Below, in pieces: positions 20,301 through 30,337 of a stretch of 64,000 nt of DNA. Within the stretch, counting starts at the first letter, position 1; each line of letters begins with the position of its first letter. The notes under the pieces were generated by a model. It ran no database searches, was not told where the DNA came from, and was given only the letters and a program-made list of their open reading frames with translations. This DNA comes from an uncultured Spirochaetota bacterium (GTDB lineage: Bacteria > Spirochaetota > Spirochaetia > SZUA-6 > CAVTHK01): NCBI GenBank assembly GCA_963734495.1, contig CAVTHK010000010.1, forward strand, positions 96,001-160,000. Direction: 5' to 3'. The position numbers were made by a program, and so were the translations under genes.

Positions 20301-21903
20301 CAGGCTTTCCGCCAACCTGCACGCGCTCGAGCTCCGGTTCCCTCGACTCGCGGCCGCTGTCCGCGGCGCCCGGCCCGCCGGCGACGTGAGGGTCGAGCCC
20401 GCCCGCAGCGGCGACCCGGTGCCCGTCGTGCGCGCGGCCGGGCGCGATTGGTACCTGCATTCGCGCTACGACCCGCGCTCCGAGGGGGCCCGCGCCGCCG
20501 GCGCCGTTCCGCAGCCTTCGTTCGCCGTGGTCTTCGGGCTGGGGGCCGCCTACCACCTCCGCGCCCTCCTGGGGCTGGGCGGCATCAGCGGCACGCTCGT
20601 CGTCGAGAGCGACGTTTCCCACTTGCGCGCCCTCGCCGAGGCCGTGCCGCTCGAAGACGTCCTCGCGGACCCGCGGGTGCGGCTGCTGGTGGGGGCCTCG
20701 CCTCTCGAGGTCGAAGGGGCGCTGCTCGCGGCCTACCAGCCGGTGCTCTGCGGCCCTCTCTCGCAGCTCGCGCTGGAGCCCCGCCTCCGCACGGCGCCGG
20801 ACTATTTCCTGGCCGCGGCCGCAGCGGTGACGCGGGCCTCGCGCCGCAGCGCGGGGGACATGGCCGTGCAGGCGCGCTTCGGGAGGCGCTGGTTCGTCAA
20901 CATCCTGGGAAACCTGCCGCTCATCGGCAGGGGCGCCGTTCTCCCGCCCCCGGCGAGCCTCGCCGTCGTCGTCGCCGCCGGCCCTACCCTGGAGGCGTGC
21001 GCCGGACGCGTCGCTCGCGCGGAGGGCGCAGGCGCGCTGGTGATCGCCACCGATACGGCGCTGCCGGCGCTGTTGCAGCTCGGGATCACCCCCGCGGTCG
21101 TGCTGTCCATCGACTGCCAGGCCGTGAGCTACCGACACTTTTTCGGCGGTCTCCCGCCGGGCGTGTGTCTCGCCCTCGACGCGGGATCCCCTCCTCTGCT
21201 CGGGAGGCTCGTGCCACGGCCGCTCTTCCTCGCCAGCCCTCACCCGCTCGCGGCGCTGGTCGCGCGGACCTTAGCGACGCTTCCGGCCCTCGACACCTCC
21301 GGCGGCAACGTGACCCACGCCGCCGTTGGCCTCGCCTCCCTTCTCGGGGCCCGGGAGGTCGAGATCGTCGGGGCGGACTTCTCGTACCCCGGCGGCAGCC
21401 CCTACGCGCGGGGGACGTACTTCTTCCCCTGGTTCCAGTCGCGCTCGACCCGGCTCGCCCCCGCCGACAGCGCGATCGTCGCGTTCGTTCTCTCCGACGC
21501 CGACGCGCCCGGGACGCGGGACGCGGCGGGAACCCGCTACCGATCGCGCAAGCTCGAGGGCTACCGCGAGAGCCTGCGGGACCGCTACGGCCCGCTCGAG
21601 GAGCCGGAGCCGGGCGTGCTGCGGTGCCGGCCTGCAGGCGCCGCCGTTCAGCAGGAGCGCGGCCTCGCCCCCGCGGCCGGCGGGTGGCGCGCCTGGCTCG
21701 CCGCGTACCTGAAGGCGCTGCGATCGCTCTCGCCGCCCACGGCGCCGGCGACTGCGTTCTGGAGCGCCCTCGGCATCGAGGAGCGAAACCTGTGGACCAC
21801 TCTCCTCCCCGCCGCAGCGGCGATGCCGCCGGGCGATGCCGAGGAGCGCCTCGAGGCCGCGCGGGCATGGTCCTGCCGGCGGATCGCGGAGAGGCTGGCG
21901 TAG
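20290..21903 (+). CDS. Second Maf/DUF115 family protein
   Basis: LHSRYDPRSEG, FGLGAAYHL, RFGRRWFVNILGNL, AAGPTL, ATDTAL, SIDCQ.VSY.H, DTSGGNVT, GADFSYP...YARGTY. GTG start overlaps the upstream gene. Confidence 0.85.
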   Translation: MSGDRLSANLHALELRFPRLAAAVRGARPAGDVRVEPARSGDPVPVVRAAGRDWYLHSRYDPRSEGARAAGAVPQPSFAVVFGLGAAYHLRALLGLGGISGTLVVESDVSHLRALAEAVPLEDVLADPRVRLLVGASPLEVEGALLAAYQPVLCGPLSQLALEPRLRTAPDYFLAAAAAVTRASRRSAGDMAVQARFGRRWFVNILGNLPLIGRGAVLPPPASLAVVVAAGPTLEACAGRVARAEGAGALVIATDTALPALLQLGITPAVVLSIDCQAVSYRHFFGGLPPGVCLALDAGSPPLLGRLVPRPLFLASPHPLAALVARTLATLPALDTSGGNVTHAAVGLASLLGAREVEIVGADFSYPGGSPYARGTYFFPWFQSRSTRLAPADSAIVAFVLSDADAPGTRDAAGTRYRSRKLEGYRESLRDRYGPLEEPEPGVLRCRPAGAAVQQERGLAPAAGGWRAWLAAYLKALRSLSPPTAPATAFWSALGIEERNLWTTLLPAAAAMPPGDAEERLEAARAWSCRRIAERLA

Positions 21904-21923
21904 AAGGTCGCGGACAGGGGCGT

Positions 21924-22331
21924 TCAGGGCCGGCGGGCGCGTGTCACCCTTCGGAACAGACCGCCGAGACGCCGGACCAGCCGCGCCGCGGGTCCCGGGT
22001 TCAGCTTCCGCTCGAGCCGCGAGAAGCCGCCGGCCATCTCGTCGGTCGTCAGCGCGAGGCGCTGCACGTTCTCCTCGAGCTCGAGCTCCATCCTCTCGGC
22101 GGCCGAAAGCCGCCCGGTGACGCGCGCGGCGATCGTGTCCCAGCCGAGCTGCCGGGCCGCCTCGAGGCGGCGCCGCCCCGCGATCAGCTCGAAGTCTTCG
22201 CTCACCACGATCGGGCTGATCTGCCCGTACCTGCGCAGGCTCGAGACGAGCGCCGTGAGGTCGCCGCAGTCCCGGCGGACCCGCCGCCGCACCCGTACCT
22301 TGTCGAGCGGTATCCTCCGGAAGTCGTCCAT
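21924..22331 (-). CDS. Stand-alone ParB/Srx N-terminal domain protein
   Basis: L..SLRRYGQISPIVV..ELIAGRRRLEAARQLG...ELEENVQR; 135 aa with no evident HTH. Confidence 0.85.
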   Translation of the reverse strand: MDDFRRIPLDKVRVRRRVRRDCGDLTALVSSLRRYGQISPIVVSEDFELIAGRRRLEAARQLGWDTIAARVTGRLSAAERMELELEENVQRLALTTDEMAGGFSRLERKLNPGPAARLVRRLGGLFRRVTRARRP

Positions 22332-22343
22332 CGTGCGGCGGCG

Positions 22344-24824
22344 CTACTCGAGGAGGGGGTTCTTCGTGTCCGACGCGGTGCCGCGGCGCGACGGCTGGTC
22401 GAACACGTTCGGCTGCTCGGCGGCGCCGCTCGCCGGCACGTCGAAGCTCATCTGGAAGAGCGAGCTCCGCAGGTTCTCCACGATGTCGCGCCGCATGTCC
22501 TGCTCCTTCTTCGGAAGGTCCGAGAACGTGCGGGGCTCGGTGCCCGCGAGGAACACTTCCTCCCTGACCTTCTCGCCCGGGGTCGGCAGCATCCCCGTCG
22601 CCTGGCTCACGGTCACCCGCGCGACGCCGTCGAGGGGAGGCGCAAAGTCCTGCTTGGGCAGGCCCCCCTGCGCGCGCTTCATGAACTCGGCCCACACGGG
22701 GCCGGCCGCCGTGGCGCCCGTGACGTCCAGGCCCAGCGAGTTGCCGGGGGTGTCGAAGCCGAACCAGATCGCCGTCGTGATGCGCGGGGTGAAACCGATC
22801 GTCCAGGCATCGGACCAGTTCTGAGTCGTGCCGGTCTTGCCGGCGATCGGGATGTCGTCGAACCCGCCGACCTTCCAAGAGGCGTACGCCAGCGTCCCCC
22901 AGCGCACCGTGTCCCGCAGGATGTCCGTCATGACGTAGGCCGTCTGCGGCGACATGATCTGCGCCTCGGGGCGCCTCATCCGCGCCAGGGCCTCGCGCTC
23001 GGGTTCCAGTATGGTCTTGCCATCCCTGTCCTGCACGTAGCGGATGGCGATCGGCTCGATCCCGCGTCCCTGGTTCGCGAAGGTCGCGAAGGCCCGAGCC
23101 ATCTCCAGCGGCGACACCGAGCAGACGCCGAGCCCCAGCGGGTACTTGCGGGGGAAGTCGGCCTCGATCTCGGCCCGGTCCGTCACCCCGAGCATCCGGG
23201 ACGCCCGTTCGATGGCCGCGTCGAACCCGACCGCCTCGAGAACCTTGAGCGAGGGGACGTTCATGGACTTGGCCAGGGCCTCGCGGACGGACACCCTTCC
23301 CTGCCATTCCCCTCTGAAGTTCAGCGGCACGTAAGGAGTGCCGTCGTCGTTCCAGAACACCGAAGGCCGGTCCATGATCATGGTCGCCGGGGTGACCTTG
23401 CGCTGCTCGATCGCGGCCGAGTAGTACAGCGGCTTGAACGACGAGCCCGGCTGCAGCCCGCCCTGCACGGCGCGGTTGAACTGGTTGGTGCTCGAGAACC
23501 GCGATCCGCCGACGACGGCGTACATGTACCCCGTGCGCGAGTCGAGGCAGACGAGGGCGCCCTCGACGATGTTCTTCTGCTCCTGGCGATGCAGCTGCTC
23601 GGCGGAGATCTGGGCGGGCTTCTTGAGCTCCTGGATGTCGAACATCGTCGAGACCAGGTCCATCACCGGCCCCATCTCCGTGTTGAAGATCCGCTCGGTC
23701 TCGCTCCGCTGGCGGCTGCCGGCGGCCTTGACGTCGCCCAGATCGAAGACCGACGCCAGCATCTCCACGAGCGGAACAAAGGTCGCGTCGCCGTGCCGCG
23801 CCCGGGTGTCGGTCTGCTCCCGGTACAGGTCGTTGACCTTCTTGATCCCGGTGTCCATCACCTCGTCGGCGATCTTCTGATAGTCGAGGTCCAGGGTGGT
23901 GTAGACCTTGAGCCCGCTGCGGTAGATGTCCTGGGAGCCGAGGAGCATGTCCTCGAGCTGGACGCGGACGTACTCGCTGAACCAGGGCGCCTTGTCCTCG
24001 CGCTCCGAGAACGCGCCGTAGCTCGCGTACCGGGTAAAGTCGTAGCTGTTCCAGTACTCCTCGAACGACACGTCCGCCGCTTCGCGGGTCGTGTAGCCGA
24101 GGCGCACCATCTCGTCCAGGATCTGTTTCTGCCGCTCCCTCGCCGTCTCGGGGTTCTTGAGCGGCGAGTAGCGGGTGTGGCTCGCCAGCACGTTGACCAG
24201 GAGCACGGCCTCGGCCAGGCTGATGTCCCTCACCGACTTGCGGAAGTAGTACTGCGAGGCCGCCTCGACGCCGTTCGTGCCTCCGCCGAACGGCATCTCG
24301 TTGAGGTAGAACTCGAGGATCTCGTCTTTCGCGTAGCGCATCTCGAGCAGCTTCGCGTACCAGAACTCCTTGAGCTTGCGCCGGATCGTGTACTGGCGGC
24401 GGTCGGCGAACTTGTTGCCGGCGACCTGGATCGTGAGCGTGCTGCCGCCGCCGCGGAAGGCGCCGGTAAAGTAGCCCAGGGCGGCGCTGAGGATCCTCTT
24501 CGAGTCCAGCCCGTGATGGTGGTAGAAGTTGTGGTCCTCGCGGGTCAGGACGGCGTTGATCAGGTTGCGGGGCACCTCGTCGAGCGACACGATCTCCCGC
24601 TTCTCGTCGGAGAAGAACTCGGTGATCAGGCGTCCCTTGATGTCGAAGAGCTGCGTGGGAAGCGCCGACAGGGTGACGTCGAGCTCTTCCTGGGTGTCGA
24701 AATTCCGGATGCCGGCGAGCGTCGACCCGAGGGCCACGCCGATCAGGAGTGCCGCTCCGTAGGCTCCTCCGATCAGCAAGGGCAACCGGCGTTTCGACGA
24801 CGTCAGGTGGCGCAGAAAGCGCAT
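22344..24824 (-). CDS. Penicillin-binding protein 1A (transglycosylase/transpeptidase)
   Basis: EDHNFY.HHG.D, GGSTLTIQVA, RKLKE, ILEFYLN, QPGSSFKP (SxxK), SMN (SxN), GKTGTT. Confidence 0.95.
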   Translation of the reverse strand: MRFLRHLTSSKRRLPLLIGGAYGAALLIGVALGSTLAGIRNFDTQEELDVTLSALPTQLFDIKGRLITEFFSDEKREIVSLDEVPRNLINAVLTREDHNFYHHHGLDSKRILSAALGYFTGAFRGGGSTLTIQVAGNKFADRRQYTIRRKLKEFWYAKLLEMRYAKDEILEFYLNEMPFGGGTNGVEAASQYYFRKSVRDISLAEAVLLVNVLASHTRYSPLKNPETARERQKQILDEMVRLGYTTREAADVSFEEYWNSYDFTRYASYGAFSEREDKAPWFSEYVRVQLEDMLLGSQDIYRSGLKVYTTLDLDYQKIADEVMDTGIKKVNDLYREQTDTRARHGDATFVPLVEMLASVFDLGDVKAAGSRQRSETERIFNTEMGPVMDLVSTMFDIQELKKPAQISAEQLHRQEQKNIVEGALVCLDSRTGYMYAVVGGSRFSSTNQFNRAVQGGLQPGSSFKPLYYSAAIEQRKVTPATMIMDRPSVFWNDDGTPYVPLNFRGEWQGRVSVREALAKSMNVPSLKVLEAVGFDAAIERASRMLGVTDRAEIEADFPRKYPLGLGVCSVSPLEMARAFATFANQGRGIEPIAIRYVQDRDGKTILEPEREALARMRRPEAQIMSPQTAYVMTDILRDTVRWGTLAYASWKVGGFDDIPIAGKTGTTQNWSDAWTIGFTPRITTAIWFGFDTPGNSLGLDVTGATAAGPVWAEFMKRAQGGLPKQDFAPPLDGVARVTVSQATGMLPTPGEKVREEVFLAGTEPRTFSDLPKKEQDMRRDIVENLRSSLFQMSFDVPASGAAEQPNVFDQPSRRGTASDTKNPLLE

Positions 24825-24982
24825 GGATGGAGTGTATTTAGACCTCACCGGCCTTGTCAACGATCATGGGTCGCCCCGTCGCGCCGGGGCGCGGCGCCCC
24901 CCCGGCGGCAGCCTTCATCCGGCGGGTGGGCGGTCGAGCTCGCCGTCGTCGGCCGGGCGGTGCCGCCCGCGCGTTCCGGGGC

Positions 24983-25012
24983 AAAAAAAAGGCCGACTGC
25001 TTCCAGTCGGCC
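24983..25012 (-). terminator. Rho-independent terminator
   Basis: GGCCGACTG-GAAG-CAGTCGGCC followed by T8 on the minus strand. Confidence 0.9.
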
Positions 25013-25071
25013 CGCTCTTGGAACTGTCGGCTAATATAGTAAACTGGGAGGGGAACTATACTTCGCCGACA
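24983..25071 (-). ncRNA. Candidate ~90-nt small RNA (C-rich loop hairpin plus terminator)
   Basis: TAAA-N16-GTCGATAA upstream (25105-25078); stems GTCGGC/GCCGAC and TATAGT/ACTATA around the loop TCCCCTCCCAGTTT; terminator follows; locally AT-rich with no credible ORF. Confidence 0.5.
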
Positions 25072-25107
25072 TTACCATTATCGACCCCTGGCCCGGAAGG
25101 CTTTATA

Positions 25108-26089
25108 CTATTCTTCCTTTATCACCAGATCCAGCGCAAGAGAAACGTGATAGTTGTGGCCCTTCCGAACCTCGATTTTCCTGCTTACGTTCGTCTCTCC
25201 CAGCTTAAATCTAATCGTGTGTATACCCTCTGTCAACTGTCGCCTTTCGCCCGGAGCGAGCTCCACGCGCTCGCCGTCCAGGTAGACGACGGCCCCCGCG
25301 ACGGAGTCCACCGACAGGAATGAGGCGACCGGCGAGAGGGCTATCTCCAGCCGCGTCGTCTGGCCTGGCCCCACGGCGAAGGACGCCGTCTCTTTCTGGA
25401 ACGCGTCCGAGACCACCTCGAGCTGGTGCACGCCGGCCTCTACCTCGAGCGGGACCTTCCCCGGCTCGACGGATGCCGAATCCAGCAGAACCTTGACCGG
25501 CTCCTGCCGGAACCCCTCCGGGCCGGGTGATCCTGATGTCGACGAGGCCCCGATTTGCGATTTCGGCCTTGAAGGTCACGAAAAACGGCCTGTCGAGAAT
25601 GGAGTCCGGGATGCCTTTCATGATGGGCTGGATCACGAGAATCACGGGAAAGCGCTGCGGAGGCACGGTCTCCGCCACCAGGACCGGCTCCGGCCCCTTC
25701 TCGGCCGCGGGGCTTCCCCCGGCCACGGGAATGCGCACGAACGCGCGCGTCGCGGGCGGGAGCGCTTGAAAAAGGACGCGGCGGCCGGTAAAGACGCGCT
25801 CGCCCTTCGTCGGGGCGGGGCTCACGTCCGAGTAGAGCGCGACCGCAAAACTATCCGCGAACCGGCGCAGGGCGTCCGAGATCACCACTTCCGCGACGAC
25901 GGCGCGGAAGAAGCGCGCATCCGCCGGCAGGCCGACGGCGGCGAGCTCGTCGGGCTTGAGGCTGATGCTGGGCTGCAGGTCGGCCCGGGGCTCCAGCGCC
26001 ACCAGGGTCGTCGAGGCGCCCCTGATCGTTTCGGCGGCGATGGCCGCGCCCAGGACCGGAAGCAGCAGGAGGCCGAATATCGCTTTCAT
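25108..26089 (-). CDS. Exported PEGA-domain-like protein; frameshift near 25510
   Basis: Signal peptide MKAIFGLLLLPVLGAAIAA; C-part G.HQLEVVSD...LSVDSVAGAVVYLDG...GIHTIRF. Confidence 0.7.
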
Positions 26090-26992
26090 CGCTGGTCGAT
26101 CCGGATCAGCGGGAGCGGGTCCCGCAGCGATCCCTTTCTGCGGATCTCGAAATGCAGGTGCGGACCGGTCGACCGACCGGTTGTCCCGACCTTGCCGATC
26201 ATCATACCCGAATGGACCTCCTGGTTCAAGGAAACCAGGGCTTCGCTGAGGTGGCCGTACACCGTCTCGTACCCTCCCTGATGGGACAGCCTGATGAAGG
26301 TACCCAGCACCGGGTCCTGGCCGACCTCGGCTACCGTCCCGTCACGCGCCGCCACCACGGTCGTCCCTTCCGGGGCCGCGATGTCGATGCCGTCGTGGAA
26401 CTGCGGGTGGCCCGTGAAGGGGCTCGCTCTCGTCCCGTAGAGCGACGTGAGGCGCCCGCGGGCGCCCAGCGGGAAGCGGAACAGGATCCTCAGGAAGAAG
26501 GCCCTCTCGACGGGGTTGAAGCGCTCGCCCGGGAAGAACGTGAGGCGCCGCTCGCCCGAAGCCCCGCGCACGGTGACCCCGATGCCCCCGCTCCTCCGCG
26601 CCGACCGTCGAGGAAACCAGCACGTCCTCGAAATCGTTGGCCGGCTCTTCGGGAACGAAGAGCCCGGGCATGTTCGGAAGAACGAGCGAGGAGCGCTCGT
26701 CGAGGTCCTCGGGATTCGTCAGGCCGTTGGCCGTGGCGACCGCATCGTAAGGGAGGCTCAGCCGCGCGGCGAGGGAGAACAGATCCTCGCGGGAGCGGTC
26801 GTAGGAGAACAGCGTGAGCGGAGGCCGCAGCCTCGCGTCCCCTCTGGCGGCGGCAAGCTGGTACGCTTCGACGTCCTGCTCGAGCTGCCGGAACGTCGGA
26901 TCGCGGGAATCCAGCCTCGCGATCCGCGGGTAGTCCGCGGCCGCGATGCCGCAGGCGGCGGCCGCCACGAGGAGCACGGCCGCGGCTTTCAC
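26086..26992 (-). CDS. LysM-like/M23 family metallopeptidase; frameshift near 26590
   Basis: Signal peptide; EDLFSLAAR...ATANGL (LysM-like); FHDGIDIAA, YGHL, GTTGRSTGPHLHFEIR. Confidence 0.88.
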
Positions 26993-27394
26993 CGCGCCCA
27001 CAGGCCCACCGCGAGCAGCAGGGCGGCCGCGGCCGCGGCGCCCAGGGCAGGCCGCGCCGACGCGAACGCCCAGAGCCCCGCGTACAGCAGCCCGAGCACG
27101 AGCGCGGCGCGGCCGGTCCGCAGCAGGAAGGGCAGCAGCGCCCCCCGCAGGCCGCGCGCACCGCGCCCCGCCCCGGCGGCGAGGCGTCGCACCGCCCAGG
27201 ACCGCGAGGCCCGCGGCGAGGCAGCCGATGACGGCCGCGTTGAACACTGTGCGGTGCGCCGTGGCGAGGTACCAGAACGGCAGGACGACGACCATGCTTG
27301 CCGCGGCCGAAACGGCGAGTACCGCGAGCAGGAGCCCCAGCCTTCGTGCGAGGGACGCGTAGGCCCGCCCCAGGCGCCTCGCGAGTCCGCTCAA
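26989..27394 (-). CDS. Small multi-TM membrane protein; frameshift near 27180
   Basis: Hydrophobic helices in two joined frames (VVVLPFWYLAT...; AALVLGLLYAGLWAF...); overlaps both neighbours. Confidence 0.55.
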
Positions 27395-28333
27395 CGGGAT
27401 GGCTCACCCTCCTGCAGCGTGTCGCGATACCCGCGGGCGACGTCGGCGCGTCCGAGCCGCTCCGCCGTCTCCGCTGCCAGCCGCGCTGCATCCTGCAGGC
27501 CGGCGCGCACGTCGGCCCTCGGCTCGACCGCGGCGAGCGACCGGTACACGAGCACCGCGCGCCCGAAGTAATCGAGCGCCTTCTCCGAGTCGCCCGCCCG
27601 CGCGGCGAGCCGCCCCAGCGCGACGTAGTCGTTCGCGATCCCCCGGCTGTTCTCGACCTTCCGGTCGCTCGCCAGCGCTTCGCGGGCCAGATCCTCGGCC
27701 CGGGCGTACTGCCCGCGCTCGCTCTCCACGCTGGCCAGCATGTAGTAGTTGGACGCCGCCTCGCTCCAGACCTTCTCGCGGACGTTGATCGCGAGGGCCT
27801 CGCGGAAGAGCGCTTCGGCTTCCGGGCTGCGGCCCAGCCTGCGCAGCGCCGAGCCCTGGTTGTGGAGCATGACGGCGCGGTCGGTCGTCGGCCAGCCCGC
27901 GGCCGGCGAGCGCCTTGACGAAGAGCTCGAGCGACGCCGCGAACTCCCCGCGGGCGAACGCCGCCTCGCCGAGATTGTTCTGGGCCTTGGCCACGAGCGC
28001 GGCGTCGCCCAGATCCTCGCCGATGCGCAGCGCTTCGGTGAACTGGCGCGTCGCCTCGTCGTTCGCGCCCCGGGCGAGGGCCACTTTCCCGAGCGAGTTG
28101 TACGTTTCAGCGAGCCCCGCCCGGTTGTCGGCGGCGGCGTTGTACGCGAGCGCCATCGTGAAGAATCGCCGGGCCTGGTCGAGGTCGCCCTTGCGATAGT
28201 AGTCGTTTCCGAACCGCGCGAGCTCCGCGGCCCTGTTCTTCTGCTCGAAGACCTGGTCCTGGTTCTTCGGCGCCGACGAGCAGGAGACCACGGCGGCGGC
28301 GAGCGCCGCGAGCAGGCAGGCGCGAGGCTTCAC
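27391..28333 (-). CDS. Tetratricopeptide-repeat lipoprotein; frameshift near 27890
   Basis: Lipobox AVVSC; TPR helices AETYNSLGKV, AQNNLGEA, LHNQGSAL, ANDYVALGRL. Confidence 0.8.
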
Positions 28334-29457
28334 TAAAAGGACCCGTCCCTGCTGCTGCTGAACGTGGGCGGCTGGCTCTTCTGCACCGTGATCCCGCCGC
28401 GCAGGAGGGGGTTGTTCTCGAGACCCTGCAGCACGTTCTCCGTGTGACCCGAGGATCGTCGAGAATCTGCGGAGTGCTGTCGGACACGAATCGCGTGACG
28501 CTCTCGAGCTCCGCGACGATCGCCCCCAGGCTCTTGATCATGGCGAGCACCTCGTCGTAGACGGCGTTGTTGTCGTCGAGGAAGCTCTTGAGGGAGCCCT
28601 TGGGGTCGATCAGCCTCGGGACGAGCCCGGTCGGGTCGGCGGTGATCGACTCGATGTTCCTGGCGAGCTTCTGCAGGTCCTCCATGAGGAGCGAGGCCTG
28701 CGTCGCCGTGCGGTCGATCGTGCGCGCGAGGACGTCCGTCGACGTCTTCACGTTGCCGAGGATGGCCCCCGCCGGGCCCGGTGTCCCTGCCGGTCGCGAT
28801 GCGGTCGAGCGAGGTCACCAGGCTGTCGACGTCGGCCAGGAGGGCGCCGAGCTGCGTCTCCTTGTCGCCCCTGACCGCGTCCTCGAGAGCCAGGGTCAGC
28901 TCCTGCACGTTGTAGAGGACGCCGTTGAGGGACTCCAGGACGGGCCCCGCGTTCGCTATCAGCGCGCCGATGGAGTCGTCGCCTCCCTCGCGGTCGACGA
29001 GGCCCCTTCGCACGAGATCCTTCCCCTCTTTCGTGTCGAGAGAGACGATGTAGGAGCCCTGCGGCCAGCGGCGGCTTGGGCGGGTCCTGCGCCTTTCCCG
29101 GGTGGAAGAACAGGCCGCCGCCGAGGCCGATCGGGCTGGTCGCGTGCTCGACGACGGAGTTCTCGAGCACGACGCTCCTGTAGTAGCGCTCGAAGATGCG
29201 GAAGTCGACGCGGACCTCCCTCTTGTCCGCCACGAACGTGACGCGCTCGACCCTCCCGACCTCGAAGCCCTTGAGCGTGACGGGCATCCCGGCTTCCAGG
29301 CCCGCTACCCGCTGGCGAAGAGGGTGTAGAAGTTGTAGCCCCTCTGGAACCACCGCTGGTTGGCGCCGACGAAGACGATGGCGACGGCGAGACCCGCGAG
29401 GCTGAGAAGGATAAAAAGACCCACGATCTGGTTGAGGAACTTCATCCTCAGTCTCAT
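28333..29457 (-). CDS. mlaD: MlaD/MCE family lipid-binding protein; several frameshifts
   Basis: MRLRMKFLNQIVGLFILLSLAGL, GLEAGMPVTLKGFEVGRVERV, a long helical tail and ENNPLLRGG; follows mlaE and mlaF. Confidence 0.8.
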
Positions 29458-29523
29458 AGACCACCATTCTAGGCGCCGCCTTTTCGGCCTGTCAACGAAC
29501 GCGAGGGGCCGCGCGCCCGGCTC

Positions 29524-30328
29524 TCACCCTTCCTCCATCGACCAGGGCCGCTCGTTCAGGAGGTCCAGCAACTCGGTGTCGTAGGCGGCGGCCTCGCCCA
29601 TGACGTCCGCCAGCACGCTCTGGGTCACGGGGTTCCGGCTCGAGCGGACCCTGGTGAACTCGCCCGCCTCGACGAGCTCGCCCTGCCGCAGGATCACGAG
29701 GTAGTCGGCGAGCCACGAGGTCAGCTTGGGGTCGTGGGTGACCGTGATCAGGGTACGTCCCTCGGCCTTGAGCTCACGGATCATGTCGAGGATGACGCCG
29801 CCCGCTTCGCGGTCCACCGAGAGGGAAGGCTCGTCCATGAACACGATCGTCGGATTCATGATCACCGCCCTGCAGAATGAGATGACCTTGCGCTCTCCGG
29901 CGGAGAGCTGCGCCGGCCGCAGGGCGGCCTGATCTTCCAGGGACGTCCTCCGCAGCAGCCGCATCACCCGCTCCTCGATCTGCTTGTCGGTCAGATCGAA
30001 GTGGTACTCGAGCGGGAAGGCGACGTTCTGGTAGGCGGTGCGGTTTTCCCACAGAGCCGCGTCCTGGAAGACGAACCCGCTGCCCTTTCGGATGCTCGCT
30101 GAGCTGCCGGTCGCTCACCTGGTTGATGTCGGTGCCGTCGACGAGGACCGAGCCCCTGTCCGGCGGCATGATGCCTGCCGCCGCTTTCAGGAGCGTGCTC
30201 TTGCCGCACCCGGAGGGCCCCATGATGATGGTGCTCTGCCCCCTGGGAAAGGTCACGGAGATGTCCTTGAGGATCTCGTACCCTTCGGAGCTGAGCCGCA
30301 CGTTCCTGAGCTCGACCGCCGATTCCAT
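29524..30328 (-). CDS. mlaF: ABC transporter ATP-binding protein, MlaF-like; frameshift near 30095
   Basis: Walker A GPSGCGKST, FVFQDAALW, LSAGERK, VFMDEP, VTHD. Confidence 0.85.
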
Positions 30329-30337
30329 CTCCGCGAC

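Noticed and set aside
20448-25034. 1528-aa plus-strand ORF and other long shadow ORFs (e.g. 8990..11197, 41112..43877, 44858..47647, 51106..53649)
   Set aside because: They are antisense or off-frame to well-supported genes. Stop-codon scarcity at high GC explains their length, and they have no recognisable motifs.
24991-25101. SRP RNA (GGAAGCAG on the minus strand, CCGGAAGG on the plus strand)
   Set aside because: The two fragments lie on opposite strands and do not form the contiguous CAGG.CCGGAAGGAAGCAG helix-8 motif.
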